64,000 nt of DNA, taken from the NCBI GenBank assembly GCA_000934665.2, contig KZ538511.1, positions 1 through 64,000 on the forward strand. Direction: 5' to 3'. Positions 11,901-25,670 of the stretch are shown here, one piece after another. Under the pieces are notes generated by a model, which was given only the letters and a program-made list of their open reading frames with translations, had not been told where the DNA came from and ran no database searches. The stretch is from Catajapyx aquilonaris. Lineage: Eukaryota. Position 1 is the stretch's first letter. Every line of letters starts with the position of its first letter. The position numbers were made by a program, and so were the translations under genes.

Positions 11901-12677
11901 AACTTGCCTAGAAGGTCATGTTTTGAAATATACCCTTGCCGGTGATTAAAAGTGAAGAATGCTCGTGGTACGGAACACGACAAAGTCCTGGAGTGTGACG
12001 AAAGCTGTGGGCTTTGCTGATCTAGTTGCGAATGCATTCTTTTTTTTTCAACAGGCTTGTTTTTTCCTGAACGCTAGTAAATCTCTTTAGAGGATGCTTT
12101 CAGGACCAACATTGCTCACTGACATTTCTAAATCCATCACCCAGCTTTTCATGTCAAGTAGAAACAAGTCCTTCTGAAACTACCTGCCAGTCCGTTTTAA
12201 ACCAGTTGCAGTAGTTCCACTAATTATTCGTTGGCAATGAGTGTTTTTCAGTTGTAGTTTATGAAATTAATGTATGTCACCTTGTTTAGTTTTCAGAAAA
12301 GTGTTCCTTACCTGTGCAATGAGGGCAACAGGATAGACGATAGGTGCAGCATGTGGGAAGACTCGCCAGTAATAATAGACGAGACATCCTGTGTAGAGGT
12401 AGATGGAGGGCAGTCCAAAGATGAGGATGGAGGTGAGGAGAAGGACGGCGTCGAAGGTGGCCAGACCCAGCAGGAGGCAGTTGATGGATGACCTCATCTG
12501 CGGCCTGGACAGGATGATCATGGACAGGGCGTTGCCCACCAGTCCCAGCACCCCGATGCCTGTCACCAGGACTCCGTTGGTGATGAACTCGAACAGAAGA
12601 GGTGCTCCTGAACCACCTGCTGACGACTCCCCTTCCAACGTGTCGTTCCAAATGTCCAGATCCCAGCTGTCATTCAT
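8961..12677 (-). CDS. FMRFaR: FMRFamide receptor (class A neuropeptide GPCR), 3 coding exons, about 436 aa
   Basis: Exons 12677-12312, 11178-10837 and 9563-8961, all phase 0 with GT-AG. The 7TM sequence includes EFITNGVL..GLVGNALSMIILSRPQMRSSINCLLLGLA, TGSVYLTLTVTVERWVAVCHPLRARSLCTYGRAR, YNLPRFWE, QVRKANSERQRLS...EIGLAMMLLCVVVVFF and SNLLVTVNSSVNFVIYCIFGDKFKRLF, characteristic of insect FMRFamide receptors. Confidence 0.93.
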
Positions 12678-13324
12678 GGTCCGGGTCCTCCACCTCCTGG
12701 AAACCAACACTGGGATATAGGTCAGTCAGCCTCGGGTTCACATTAGGACCTGGCACCGTTAAAACTCGCTGCTGAAGATATACCTTTAGTGGTGCAACCT
12801 ATTGACCCAGTTTGTGGGTGTCAAATGTGTGAAAATACAGGTAGGTGCCCAATATATAGCCCTCAGCTGCTTAGCTGACATTGAGAGGTCGCATAAATCA
12901 TTTCGGTACTGGAGGTATACAGTACGTAAACGGAAATGCACTAGGGAAGTGTCCGGGCTAATTTTAAAATTAATGCTGCATGTGTCAGATTTTGGAATCT
13001 AGAGACTGTTGAAAAGCCCAGAGAGGAAGTGGTATTAGGCAAGTGGCACTAACTTCAGGCCATAATTGAGCTCGCTACCGGAGAAGGGTGTAATCTCATG
13101 TAATTGTCAAAATTGGGTTACGAACGCTGTTAGTCGCAAGTGGTAGTGTTAAGAGAAGTCTCGCCCAATGTAGGATACAAATAAGCTCTCTCGTTGTTAG
13201 GTACAAAAGCAGGGGCTCAAAATGTCCAGAGTTGTTGACTGGCCATTGAAATTGCAGGCCTTTGATTGGTATCAGTAATGAACCAATTTATGCCATATAG
13301 TCCTGTTGTCCAAAAATGTGCTAG

Positions 13325-13600
13325 TCCACCCCACCCCACTGGTCACTGGACATCAGGAAGTTCAACAACACTTTCAATGACAATGTGTGTGACAATGCAA
13401 ACTGTGTGTGGTTTGTGAAGACTTATCATTTACGGAAAATGACCCACAAACGACCTCAAAGCCTGAATGATCTGGATGTGAAAATTTCTGCAGCGTTCGC
13501 ACAAATTAATCACTCCGGAAATGTTACAAAACACGTGGCAGGAATTGAGCACCCGATATCAACTCTACCGAGTATGCAAAGTGGGTCATGTGGAGACCTA
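13325..13600 (+). mobile_element. Tc1/mariner-superfamily transposase remnant (C-terminal part)
   Basis: Frameshifted translation PPHWSLDIRKF...WFVK..RPQSLNDLDVKISAAFAQI.TPEMLQNTWQELSTRY...GHVE matches the C-terminal signature of insect Tc1/mariner transposases. Confidence 0.7.
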
Positions 13601-13954
13601 GACAAACTCCTATTCATAAAGATAATCACTGCTTAATTTGGATCAATTATGTATGTTATACGCATACTACAGAATTTTAAAATTATCCATACCCAAACGG
13701 ATCACCACTTTATATAGATGCAAATATACAAAATTAATATTGCAAAATTCGAAGAAAAAAAATCCTAAACACTTCCATCCCGAAGCTTTTCGGATTAAAG
13801 GATTTTCATCCTGTAATTTCATCATGTAATCCCGGTAATTCCTTTTAGGTATTGTATACAGTTGTTTTTTTTTGTGATAGCGTCAAATTTCGTATAAAAA
13901 AAGCGTTGGAATCAAAATTTGGCGCTCTTAATAAAACAGCTAATTTCAACTATA

Positions 13955-14282
13955 CAAGTTGAGAACCATTTATCCGAAATACCAATATCCCAAGAGTTTT
14001 TTTTAGTGCATTACGCGCCACAAATGAAAATTTTTATGAAAGTAAAACATGAATATCATTACCTCTATCTGTACCTATTTATCATGAAAACTACCTCCAG
14101 GGCTTAGGTAGGATTTTAAAAATTATGGATATGGATAGAACCATGTTCAGGCATTTATCCCATTCCAAAGCTGTCCGACTTTACATAAGCAAATATGGTA
14201 TACAAATAGTCCAAAATCCGAAAAACCCGGAATCCGAAACACTTCCGGTTCCAAGCATTTTGGATAATGGATAATCAACCTG
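13955..14282. mobile_element. Pogo/Tigger-like MITE
   Basis: TA|CAAGTTGAGAACCATTTATCCGAAAT at the left and ATTTTGGATAATGGATAATCAACCTG|TA at the right: imperfect terminal inverted repeats with a TA target-site duplication. A related terminus lies at about 13768-13815. Confidence 0.6.
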
Positions 14283-17200
14283 TATAAGTAATTCAATTTG
14301 GTACAGTTGCTTTTTTCTAGCTGATTTTTTTTGGGGGGGGAAAATGTCATTCCGGGACAATGCACATATTTTGTATACCTCGACACTACTTGCTTTTGAG
14401 GTAATAATCTTTTTGATGGATGTCCTCTCGCACCTGTTCTATGTGTTTTTCACCAGTGTGTTTAAATGAATATGTTTCACTGAGCAATTTATTGCATTCA
14501 GGTCCTTTTTATACTGCAATTTAAGAGCTAGACTCCTATTAGCAATAGCAAAAATTCTAGATTCAGTATCTGGCTTAAGCGAAATCATTCAGTCGCTAAT
14601 TTAAATGAACAGTAGCGACCATTTAAATCATATTTTAATCCCGCAATATTATGATCCCAATTTTGTGATAGTATTCGCATAAACAGTTAACTGAAATGGG
14701 CACGTCATTTGGAAGACACTTAATGGAGTCTAAAAGCACATTTCATGTCCATGTGTTTAGCCAAAAGCCTACCTTTCTTGCAGCGTTCCATTGATGAACA
14801 ACTCTCATTAAAGGTACTTCACTTAAAGTGTACATTCACTCTAAATATTTGGCAAATTCCAACAGGTGCAGAGCCAACTTGTATAAAACATGCTCATCGT
14901 TAATTAAGCGTCTCCTTTCAAATTAACCGCAGTGTAGCCGAATTAGCAGCTCGAATTCCGGAGGTAATCGCTTAGAAGTCAACTGTTGAAGAGCACTGTA
15001 GGCATCTTCTCAGTGCACTAGATTCGAAAGAACCAGTTTTGACATCACTTCACATTGCCGTACTACCACAGCCGTTTTCAACTCCTCTGCCTCGCTCCTC
15101 GCTGCAGTGAAAACAAATAAAACAGACTTCAAAGAGCTCTTCAAATGCCTTGAAAGTTTGGTCGTGGAACAGTTCCAAGTTTTCTCAAGTACATCACGTC
15201 ATCCTTCCATCCTGATATTATCATTTGTACCTAAACTGTAACGTTGACACTGCAGGCCATCCTTGCCTCAGTGGAGCAAGCAGAATATTATTAGGCTATA
15301 AACCACGATTTTTTTACATATTAAAATTGATGTCGTTATGTACTTGCTATGATTGAGCATTTTATTCTCTTTTTAGATGCTTTAACTCCTTTTTGAGTGG
15401 ATTTCTGGCAGCACATTTTGGAGCTATTGTAGATGCAATATTGCAGCAATATTGTCACACTAAAGATGTTATCAGTATACTTTTAAAAAGGTCGTGGCAG
15501 ATCTTGAGTGCAGCCGAACTGTGTAAATGACTTATCTCATTTTAAGTCGTAGGCCTAATACTAGAGAACTAAGTAGACTAACATGTCATTTGATTAGGAC
15601 AAAATATACTAGAACAGAACAGCAGAAATAGCTACTATCATATTGCTATGACGCAAATCAAGGTTAGGTTTGCACTACATCATGCGTCATTACCTCATAT
15701 TCTGTTTACAACATGCTATCAACAAACAGTGCAAAGTCAAATATGACAGCCTGCTGTACTGTACAGTAGTTTGCGTTTACACATATCAATAATTTCAATG
15801 AGCCTCATTTCGCCTGATTTTTATCGTTCTCTGGTGCTTGAGTACGCCTTAATTATGAATCGGCATGAATTGTTCCACAACTGGCCACTTGTTAGTAACG
15901 GTATCAGGGATGTGATGACATGCACCCGCCAAAATCCCAAATGTTCGGCTCTGATTTCTCTCCCAACCCTCATAGCATTAAAAACCCACTCGTATGGAAG
16001 GTATCACCACCTCATGCCGCATCACCCAGTTTGATAAATCAGGAAGTAATATATTTGGCGCCAGGAACAAGTATCCGCAAAGTTCTGGTCATGCACTGCC
16101 ATACAAATGCGCAAAAGTTTTTATGCAGCCAACCCTGGAAACATTCCACCCTAAACAAAAACCATGGTCCATGATAATAACGAGTGATAAAAAGCAAGTC
16201 CCACTGAAAAATTTGTCAAACTTTTGGCTATGTGGTCATTGTCTTTACCATGTTGGAAAGTGTGAGATAGATTGGATGAAGGTGTCAGAGGTCGGAAATT
16301 TTCTTTAGACCTAAATATGTGGGAATTAACATTGCTTGCTGCTGTACTCTAATCCAATTACACGCCAGTTCCCGCTCAGTCCGGATAAACGGAAAACAGC
16401 CGGTCGATATAGGACCACGCCAAACATTCCTGACGCTCTCATGCCAACTAAGATTCGCGGTTTTGGACCGTTGTCAATTGGCAACTAGTATGATGGGCAT
16501 ACCAGACCATTCCCGGAGCCCTTGGCTTTTGTGTCTGTCCCAGCCGGGCCGTGATTATAATGTTTTGCACATGGAGCAATCAGGAGGTAGCCTTTTGTGT
16601 AAGGTAACAGTGAGGGAATACTGTCAAAAGAGACGCAGGTACCATGGTCTGTAAAGGTTGTTTGTGAGTTACTCAGGGTCTAGCGGATGTGAAGCCAGCA
16701 CAACAATAGGGTCGTAGAACCAGGGAGTTGGTTCTCTGCCTGTGGAACGAAGAACGGTAACAAGCCTTTAACTGGACTGAGAGTATGAGGTACAGGTATA
16801 ATTATCATGCCTAAAGTGGAAGGTTCCGGTTCCTCAGGTAGTTGCTCTCATAGGACGTACAGTATGTTCCTCACCGACTTCCCAGATGTCGTTATTACTC
16901 AAGTGATATCTGAACTAAGGTAGCATGCATTTATTAAATTGTGGCTACCTACTGCAAAGCTTTTGATTAAGTTTCATTACCCGAACAGGAAAAATAAATT
17001 GGCAGAAGTCGTTGAACTCACGTCTCAAAAATATTTCGCTTCAGTGAGTTTGGAAGGCTTGCTTACTCAAAGTCGATCCAATTGAGAGACAGATGCGACC
17101 TACAGTTTCTCAATAAGGAAAATGTTCCAAATAACGTCCAGGCTCAATAATAATACTGCAATAGTGTATATTGTTCAGTCGTACATAGTATTTTATAATG

Positions 17201-17518
17201 ATGATTGAAAACTACAATTACTAGTTATCAGCAAGCAACACTATACAATTTGTGTCAATAAAACAAATGAATTCTTATTACCCAATGGAAATGTAATAAG
17301 TGCACTGTACTGAATATTTCATGGCTTTTACTCTCAGAACCGTATCAAAAATGGGTCGCTTCGTTTCTATCTCACGAGAATAGCAGTTTAATTTCTTCCC
17401 TTCGCTTGTCATTAGGTCTGAGCATGGAAGTAAGAGAACATAGCCCAAGGCAGGCTTCCTTGTCATACCAACAGTCCTGACCTAGACAAGGTCGGCTTTC
17501 TTCATACCCTTCCAAGAC

Positions 17519-17573
17519 CCCCCCCCCTCCCCCCCCCCNNNNNNNNNNNNNNNNNNNNNNNNNCCCCCCCCCC
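17519..17573. other. Assembly gap (25 N) flanked by poly-C
   Basis: N run at 17539-17563 inside C homopolymers. Confidence 0.95.
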
Positions 17574-20500
17574 TATTTATTCTCAAGAGGTCTAATCTCA
17601 AATCACAATCGCAGTGAAATGAAAAAGTTTTGCGCAGAAGCTGACAACATGCAAATTTCCAGTATTGTCCACACTAATATGTTCGTGTCCCCGCATGCGA
17701 ATTGAAACGGATCAAGTTGTATTTACAATGATCAGGTTGTCACCGTGTCCTGACGGCTATGGGATAAATGGCTAATAGGAATGCCCTCTAACGAAATGTG
17801 CTACTCTTTTTTTTTACCATCCCATGGGCAATCCAGAAGGGATTAGGTTTTCCCATAGACGAGGGATTTGTTATTGGTGGCCAATCCTGCCAAAGGGGGT
17901 TAAAATAGAGTGGGCAAGGTCGCAAGAAGGAAAATGGGCAACGGTGGAGATGTTCTCCCACCCACACAATTAGTTATCCGGGGGTCTGTTGGGAATGGGC
18001 TTCATCAAGATGGTGGCGTCGCTCAGGGTCCTAAATGGCGTCCACACCGTCCGTCAACTGGGCCACAGCCCTACTTTTTGCCTCTTCTAGCCGTCTGAAT
18101 CCATTCTAGGCACTCGTTTTTCACCCTGCCCCACTTACACAGAGAGCGTTTCATTCTACAAGTATTATGAGAAATAAGGCTTTTTAGAAAATAATCTAAA
18201 GGGGACATCACTAGGAATTATTTATTGAAACATACATTTGCCATCCATTCCTTCCAATGCACGTCTATGTTTCTCTCTGTATAAAATGGCAGAAATGTTC
18301 GACCCCTATCAATATTCAACTCTGCTCTCTAAATGACTGTCATATTCCTATACGGAAAGTGCGTGGAAGTGAGGCCATCCTCAAAGGTTCACAAACGTGA
18401 CATGCGAATATTGGACGATAGACCATTGGAGTTTCTCCTCCGAAGACAAACCATTTGAGCTGGGCACTTGGGGGTTTTGGAGACATCCTCTCCCCCCTTC
18501 TCCATAACGGAATTCCAGGCATGATCTCAAGTGCGAGGAAGCGCTACATGGCGAAGATGGGAGAGGCAAGCACCAAAGTGGGTTTCCCTGCCAAGAATGT
18601 TAGTGTACCCTTGCTGTATTTTTCCTTCCCCTTTTGCCACTACGGATGGAGAGCAGGCAAATGGGGCGCAAGCAGATAGGGAAGTTAGAGGAGGTTCCAG
18701 GCAAATAGGGTTTAGGTCTGAATATAACGCAATCAGAGAGAGAGGAGAGCACGTAAATCCCCATTTGACCTCCTCCTTCCCTAATGGGACTCGTCCATTC
18801 ATTCCTTATTCCCGAGACTCCGAGTTCCCTCATTTCCTTCCCATCGGGAAGCTTTTCCTGTACTGTACCAGAGAAGGCTTTCCATATATGAAATTCGATC
18901 CTACACTTCAGACCCGTTTTGAAAACCACATCTTGAAAGCCATTGTTGTCGGTCAAAATGGACGTGGGCGGAAAGTGCTGAGCGTGGACCATTAAAAGGT
19001 ACTGGGAGTTTATTATGTTGATAATGAAAGACGCCAATAACAGCAATGTATATTTTTGGCGATCAAATAGACCTCTGAAGAAATCAAAATCCCACCAAAA
19101 ACCTTTCTGTAAAAAAAAGGCCAAGTTCTCCTGACTGCTTGGCCGTAAAAAGTGGTGAGATCTGAAATATTTCCTTTTTTTATTTATGAAAGTTAGACTT
19201 GAATAACAACTGCCCCCCTTGTGGCGTGAAATTAAGTGCGAGATCGCAGTCTATGGGGCTTGGAGGTCTCACAACGGCTTTAATTAAGCTTCAGACTTCC
19301 CCCACAAGGCTTTCTTATCTCTAACCCCCCCCCCTCCCCCTTTACACCCACCCACGCACTGGCTCCCTTAATCCGCTCGTCGTCAACTAAAGAGCAATAC
19401 AAGTCCGCACGTTTCCATTGGTCACAGCTGCAGGATACAAGTTTGTCGCCCACCAACAGTCAGAGGCTATTGAATCGTGCTGCTTTCATCCGGATAAAAG
19501 CAGTTGCGAGAGCTAGCAATTAGTCTTAAATCTTCAAAGCCCTTTTTTCACAAATAAGAGAGGTGCTATTATGTGCAATAGAAGTAAACACGGAAAGTTT
19601 TTTTTGGAGACCGACGTTCTTTCCACTAATGATGCGACGAGTGAATTCATTTGAAATGTTTGACGCAAATAAGGTTGTTATTTTTTTTAAATCTGTCAGA
19701 TCAAAATGCAAAATTATAGTGAACGGACCTGTGATGACTATTCAAAGTGATTTGTTATGATGGAGCTTATTAAATTTCCCTAGCATGAATTTCCTAATAT
19801 TTTTTTTAAACATGTTACCAGCAGAGCTGATAATATCAGTAGTGCCGAACATGATAACCGATGTTCGCCCTGGTTGACATATCCAATCACACGATTACTC
19901 GCCTTTCCGCGCCTAAGCCCTTCTGCCCGATAAGCAATTTTATTAGCAAATTGAGGAGTTATTCAATTACAGTGACCTTTAATTATCATTGACATGAATC
20001 AATGTTTAATTATTTAGAACCAGCCTGTTCGGTATCGCCCACAAATTACGTCGTGTCAAGAACTTCCAAATATTTCCCCGCATGTCGAATTATTAGTTTT
20101 CTTGGCAGGAAGGCAGCAAAGTAACGTCTGCCTCTTGACGTCATTATCTGAAGAGGACAGATACGCTGCACATATGCGACGAACAATGCACCCTATTCAC
20201 CGCCAACCCTTATCAGCCATATCTCCCACATATCTTGTTGAGAAATCCCACCTGAAAATTATCACTACTCGCAACTATCCAGTTAACAACTCCACAGGAC
20301 CCACTTAATTTTGGTCCCTCCTTTAAAAAATCAAGTTATCAACTTTTCCAAACTCCAGTGAACCCTAATTAAACCCAACTTCATCGCAGTTTCCTGAACT
20401 TCTTCAAGGCAAATCGAAGAAAGAGTTTCAGCAAGTGGCTGTCAAGCACATGCAGAAAACACGAATTTGCCAACTGAAGAAAGACTAAGTTGATTGAGGT

Positions 20501-22006
20501 TTCCTTGATTATCCCAGAGAGCGTTAAAAGCGCGCCCGAGTGAGGATTAAGGGAAGCAAATTGGCTCCGAATCCGCCTGCTTTTGAGGGTGCCGCTCGGA
20601 GGTCATTCACAGGGCAGGGTCACCAACCATCAAAACCTGGTCTTATCCAGCGCGTCTTTTTCTCATTACGTTGTTGGCGTATGCTGACGATGACGACGAC
20701 GCAGTTTGAAAATACCTCTCAAGGGGGAAACAAGAGCCAATTGCAAAACCCTGCCCCCCTTTTTCCCTCCCACACCATCTTGCCGAAAAAAAGAAGAAAA
20801 AGGCGGAAGGTGTTGCTATGGTAACCTCATAAGCGGGCCAGACTTTGTCGGCACTTTCTTTAGCAGAAGGAACGAAAAACGAGCCTGAAAGTGTTTTTAC
20901 AAAATTCGAGGTTGCCAGATACGTATCCGACCTCAGGTCACAAGTTATGTAAAATGCAAATTAACTAGCAAAAAATTTATATATTTTGGTGAAAATTACA
21001 CAATTTTCGCCAAGATCGGACAACTTTGAAATTCTGACTTTCGGTGCCTCTAGCGTCGAAACGGCAAGGTAGATTTTCTTCGGCCTTCAGAACAATTGAC
21101 CCTGAGGACAAGGTCTATTAACTGACCAAGTTTCACCCAAATCCAACTGGGGGCACTTTTCCATAAGGGTTTAACCCATGTCCTTTCCTTCCAAATTTAA
21201 TTTTTTTGTGGCGCTATATACTTTTAGTAGTGTGAAGTAGTGTGATATTATGAGAAGCATTTATCGGCGCAATAAAAAAGGTCGATGGTCACCGGAAGGT
21301 CAAGTAAGCAAACAGCTGGTCTGAAATGAACGTGATTGAGCCGTTTGGCGCTTCGGGGGTGTTTGTAGCGTTAACCTCGCAACCGTAAATCAATCACAGG
21401 GCAGATAATTACTCGATCATTGATTAGATGCTTCCTGTCGGTATCACGCCACAATGAGCTTTACATACATTAATTACGAATACCACAGGGATGTTTTTTT
21501 TTTTTTCAGTACCAATTTTCAACATGTCGCCGACTGACCAGATCTGGAATTATTTCTGGTTGAAAGGAAGTAGTTATATAAGAGAGGGTACGAAGGTCTT
21601 TGCTCCCTTTAAAGAATCTCATTATGGTAGTAGGAGTCTGCGGGATATAATGAGGGCCCAATTAGGGGGTCGCCAGACTCATTACTGCCTTAAACATTTA
21701 GGAAACCTGGACTTGACACTTTGCCTCCCAGAATGACACTAGGTTTGTATGGAAAGTTCTCTGGTGAATGCTGTCAAAAAGTTACGCCTTGACGGGTGCG
21801 TCACAAAGAATGTTAGGGTATAACACCAATAGAGTTCGTTGGCTTATGATGGGCTTTTGCAATCATATTTGGTTAAGGTGATGTAATCCAATAGGATAAA
21901 TCAAAAGTAAAGAAAGTTAATGAGATATTACCACCTCAGAAGTGATCAGCTGCAATCGATTCGTTTGAGGAAAGGAGATCTATAGGGGAAAAACTCACTT
22001 GCGGAC

Positions 22007-22084
22007 GGAATTCCCATATCTTCGTTTCTCCAACGATTTTTGCTCCTAAATCTCTCTGAAGAAATCCTTAGATTGGAATTCCCC
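22007..22084. promoter_or_regulatory. Pair of kappaB-like (NF-kB/Relish-type) sites upstream of the PGRP-like gene
   Basis: GGAATTCCC at 22007-22015 and GGAATTCCCC at 22075-22084 (reverse complement GGGGAATTCC fits GGGRNNYYCC). A further GGGAAATTTTCC lies at 22691-22702. Motif match only. Confidence 0.3.
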
Positions 22085-23009
22085 TATATCTTTTCTTTCT
22101 CACCCTCCCACCATCTTCGCATCTGGCCAGGAATGAAGAAATTGGAGAAAATTACGTGTCGAGTCCAGCATTGCCAGGTTTGTATGAAACTGGCAGTAAA
22201 TCACGATTTGCTCAGATTTTCTGCGACTTGTGTCCAACCACCTCAGTTTTGTGAGAATCGTTTGTCACTACACCTGTTGCACTCATTCCACAGGATGCTG
22301 GCAGGAATCTTAAACAGGGGATTTTGTGGCCTGAGGGGAATGGTTGAACGCCCCCAAGGAGCTGGCTTTCATCCAGACATATAAACGTAGGCGTTTTAAC
22401 ATTCACTTTTGCATAGTGTGTGTAATAATGCCATATTTATGTTGCAATATGAGTGACAAAATTGTACTGAACTTTATACAGTTGCTCCGATTTTCATATC
22501 CTTACTTTGTGCATTCAGTACCTTTGTACGCAGAGACTAATTAAAAAAATTGCGCATTGAACAACTCTTTGATATATTCAGACATCAAAGAGTTTCATTA
22601 TGAATTGTGAACTTGAAAGCGTTTTAGGAACCCAAATCCTATAAAATGTTGGTATGTTTTAAAGTCAGGTGTAGTTTTGCACCAAACTGTGGGAAATTTT
22701 CCAGACTTACAACTTGTTATGCCGAAAATTCTCCCAAATGCGAACACCCCTTGAGAGGTGTTAAAACCGAGTTAAAACTTAGCAAAAGAGCAATGGCTCG
22801 TATAATTAACTTTACACCACGGGATCGGATGAATAGTAGCAATATATAAGGCTTCTTAAATCTCAGATCTGCAGATACTGTTAGCACCGACATCATTAAC
22901 GCCTACAAGTTCTTATCCCGTGTAATAGGATAATGAAAGTTGCGTACTGCAATTTATTTTGTGTACCTTGATAAGGTCTCAGACTCCATTAAACCCACCC
23001 TTGCATCAG

Positions 23010-23853
23010 GGACTATGTAGATATGACATAATAAATAAGTTGGTCGAGATGTACTTTCTGGCTGACGGTGATTCGCAGTGGACTGGATACAACGCCTTTG
23101 TATACACAGGGTTGAAATTCAGACGAAGCTTGCACAAGGTAAAGAGGAGAAGCGTTTTCTCTAAGGTGTGGGTTGGTGTGGATTGGAAGCTTGGTATCGA
23201 TTCAGGAAACACGGTTAGAGAGGCAAAGCAATCATTCGTACCTCTATCCCAGGCACTGAAAATTGCGTTAGAGTAACTCCATTTTAAAGTCCGCCTAGCG
23301 GAAGACTTTTCACAGCTTGCAGGGATCGGTTCATGATCACCGCACTCGGTGAAAAATATCACTGGATCTTGAGCATACAAAAAGCTTATTGAACATCTCT
23401 GCCAAATTCGTCTTCTACCCGCACTTTTTTTTTAAACAGCATCTTCCCAAAAGCAGTAAAAGACGGCAAGATGCCAAATGGCGACCATATCGCGAAACTT
23501 TTGTCACATCATACTGTTTTTAGTGGTAATGCAAACAAGATGGGTGAATCTATAACAGAGCAAATATTGTACTGGGACAATGCAGCTTCCAAGGCTTCTA
23601 GGGAAGATGGTCTATTCATATCCGAACAAACACGGGAGATGCTATCGGATAGTGATTATCGATCAATCATTACCAACAATGCAGGCCTATTTTTGAATAA
23701 TGGACTAGGGTAAGTGCTTCTTAGTCTCGTAAATGCACTGTGCGCTGACGTTGTAAAAGACGCAGTTTGTGTAAATAGACGGTTTTTCCTTGTTCTTCAC
23801 CTCGTTCAAACCTTGCCAGTATAAATACACCTCTTAGATCCGGAAATATTTAA
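23010..23853 (+). CDS. Divergent, probably non-catalytic peptidoglycan-recognition protein (PGRP/amidase_2-like) domain; 5' exons unresolved
   Basis: Phase-consistent exons about 23010-23272, 23440-23709 and 23820-23853 (stop) give ...MYFLADGD..AFVYTGLKF...VWVGV...VPLSQALKIALDIFPKAVKDGKMPNGDHIAKLLSHHTVFSGNANKMGESITEQILYWDN... By eye this aligns to the PGRP C-terminal half (YNFLIGGDG.VYEG...P...AL.....L...GV.DG.....Y.L..H......SPG..LYE.I..W). The Zn-binding Cys of the T.CPG motif is absent. Confidence 0.55.
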
Positions 23854-24389
23854 GTATACAAGGGTGTCATATTCTCGGAAGTTCGACTACAAAAATACCG
23901 GTGCATGTGTATCACCGCCGGATTTTGTGCCGCCTTCTGTACATACAGTGCAGGTCGTTGGTGTGTTGATGTAATACAGTGCACTCGGGCGTGATTTATT
24001 GTAGCAATAATTGTGAGTGTCTCAAAACCTTTTAGAATAGCTAATGGGACCAAATAAAATGAAGTCAACAGTAATGACTTCCTAATTTAATTAGTACATG
24101 TCGATCGTGTGGCACCGAACCAACACTGCGGCGGATAATCCGCATTGGGAATAAGCGCAAAAAATTGTTTTGCACTTCAAAAATGTCCTTCAGTTCCCTT
24201 GAAACCAAAAGATCTTTTCCACCACACTGATTTAACGTCCTCCATTACTCGAAAACGTTGAACGTCCGAAGACAATAAAGCGTTTCTGGACACTGGACAC
24301 ATTCTGAGGCTGACAAAATGCAGTGGAGAAGTGGAGCAGGAACGGGTTTGAATAGTCTCTTTAATCAGACCAGATGGAGGAGTTTCTCC

Positions 24390-24400
24390 GGGATTTTCCC
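24390..24400. promoter_or_regulatory. kappaB consensus site about 1.3 kb upstream of the NLR start codon
   Basis: GGGATTTTCCC matches GGGRNNYYCC exactly. Motif match only. Confidence 0.3.
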
Positions 24401-25289
24401 CGGATTCTGTAGAGCTTTGTTGTTGTTGAACCCTATTCAAAGATAAAACCGACTTGGCTTCACTTTTTACGAAATGTGCTGGGTGAGGGATGAGGCAGAC
24501 TGAGAAGTACTCATGGATGATAGGTGCCATGAGGTTTTATCTGTTTTATCAGTGTGCAAAGGTTATTTGCAAGGGGGGGGGGGGGGGGGNGGGAAGGACG
24601 GGAAATGGCAAATGAAGGAAAAAATCAGTGAGTGACTAGTTTTTGGATAAGTGTGGTGTGTGAGTGCCGAACTGCGCAAAAACTTGTGAATGATATGGAA
24701 TTTGGCGATTTTGGGCTGTATACAAATTAAGGCAAGGTAGGCCTCCTGTACATAGTTAATATAATAAGAAATAAATGGTTTTCGTATGGTAGTAAATTCT
24801 CTACTAATATTAAACACTGCAATTTTTTTGTTTATTTGTAATAACTGCACTTATTTTGATATGTACACACCTCTCATCTTATGCATTTAAGTTTCATTTC
24901 AAGTGTCTATTGTCTACCTGAAGGCCAAGGACTGATAATATGTGTGGCAATATTTTGTACCAGTTGCTTATATTCTCAGCTTTGTTGCATCCTGTATGGA
25001 ACAATATGGACCATGCGGAGCTGAATATAAAATGAAACTGGATGGCTTTCCATCCTGGTTAGGATATGATTGTGAAGCGGCCGTCCCGAAAATTACGTAA
25101 AATGTGGCCTCCAATCAACGGTACTAACTGCAAAAATCTTTCACCGCTGATATTTCCAAGCGAGTTGTTTGATCCGCGGAGGTTCTGGTATATTTCTTGA
25201 GTCGACAAAAAATGGCTTGGAACTGCATTATATTGTAATAATTTTTCTGTAATGTAGGCTAGTGTTTCCAGTTCGTGTATATGCATACA

Positions 25290-25402
25290 CAGTGAAATCT
25301 GCGAGGAAATATGTATGTAACCGACCATGGATAAAGCGGAAACTTGCCTGTTACGGAATTTTTTGCGGAACAGAGAGTTTCCGCTGTGTGCAGGTTTCAC
25401 TG
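25290..25402. mobile_element. Short pogo/Tigger-like MITE fragment
   Basis: CAGTGAAATCTG at the left and CAGGTTTCACTG|TA at the right. Confidence 0.4.
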
Positions 25403-25670
25403 TACAAGAATATTGGTGTGAAAATAATCGCATCACACATTCCATATTCCTGTGGTTCAAATATTTTATCTGAATAATAGGATAATTATTGACACCAGTG
25501 TTATTTGCGTCCGATAGTTAGAATTGCGTGGGTGATATTGAGAGAGATAGCCCACATATTGTGTCTTATTACATAATTATTTTTCCCATCTTACTTCATG
25601 TGTAGATCAGATAGACACTCGTGACTAACACTCATAATTCAGCATTGTTTCTGCATTTCAGTATTCCATC

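Noticed and set aside
21511..22390. Candidate 5' exons for the PGRP-like gene, including FVA*GEWLNAP, which resembles a PGRP start
   Set aside because: Every splice combination I tried hits a stop. Cannot be called coding without transcript data.
24177..24530. 117-aa minus-strand ORF between the PGRP-like gene and the NLR, considered as an amyloid-motif effector partner
   Set aside because: No RHIM-like motif or recognisable effector domain, and it overlaps the probable NLR promoter region.
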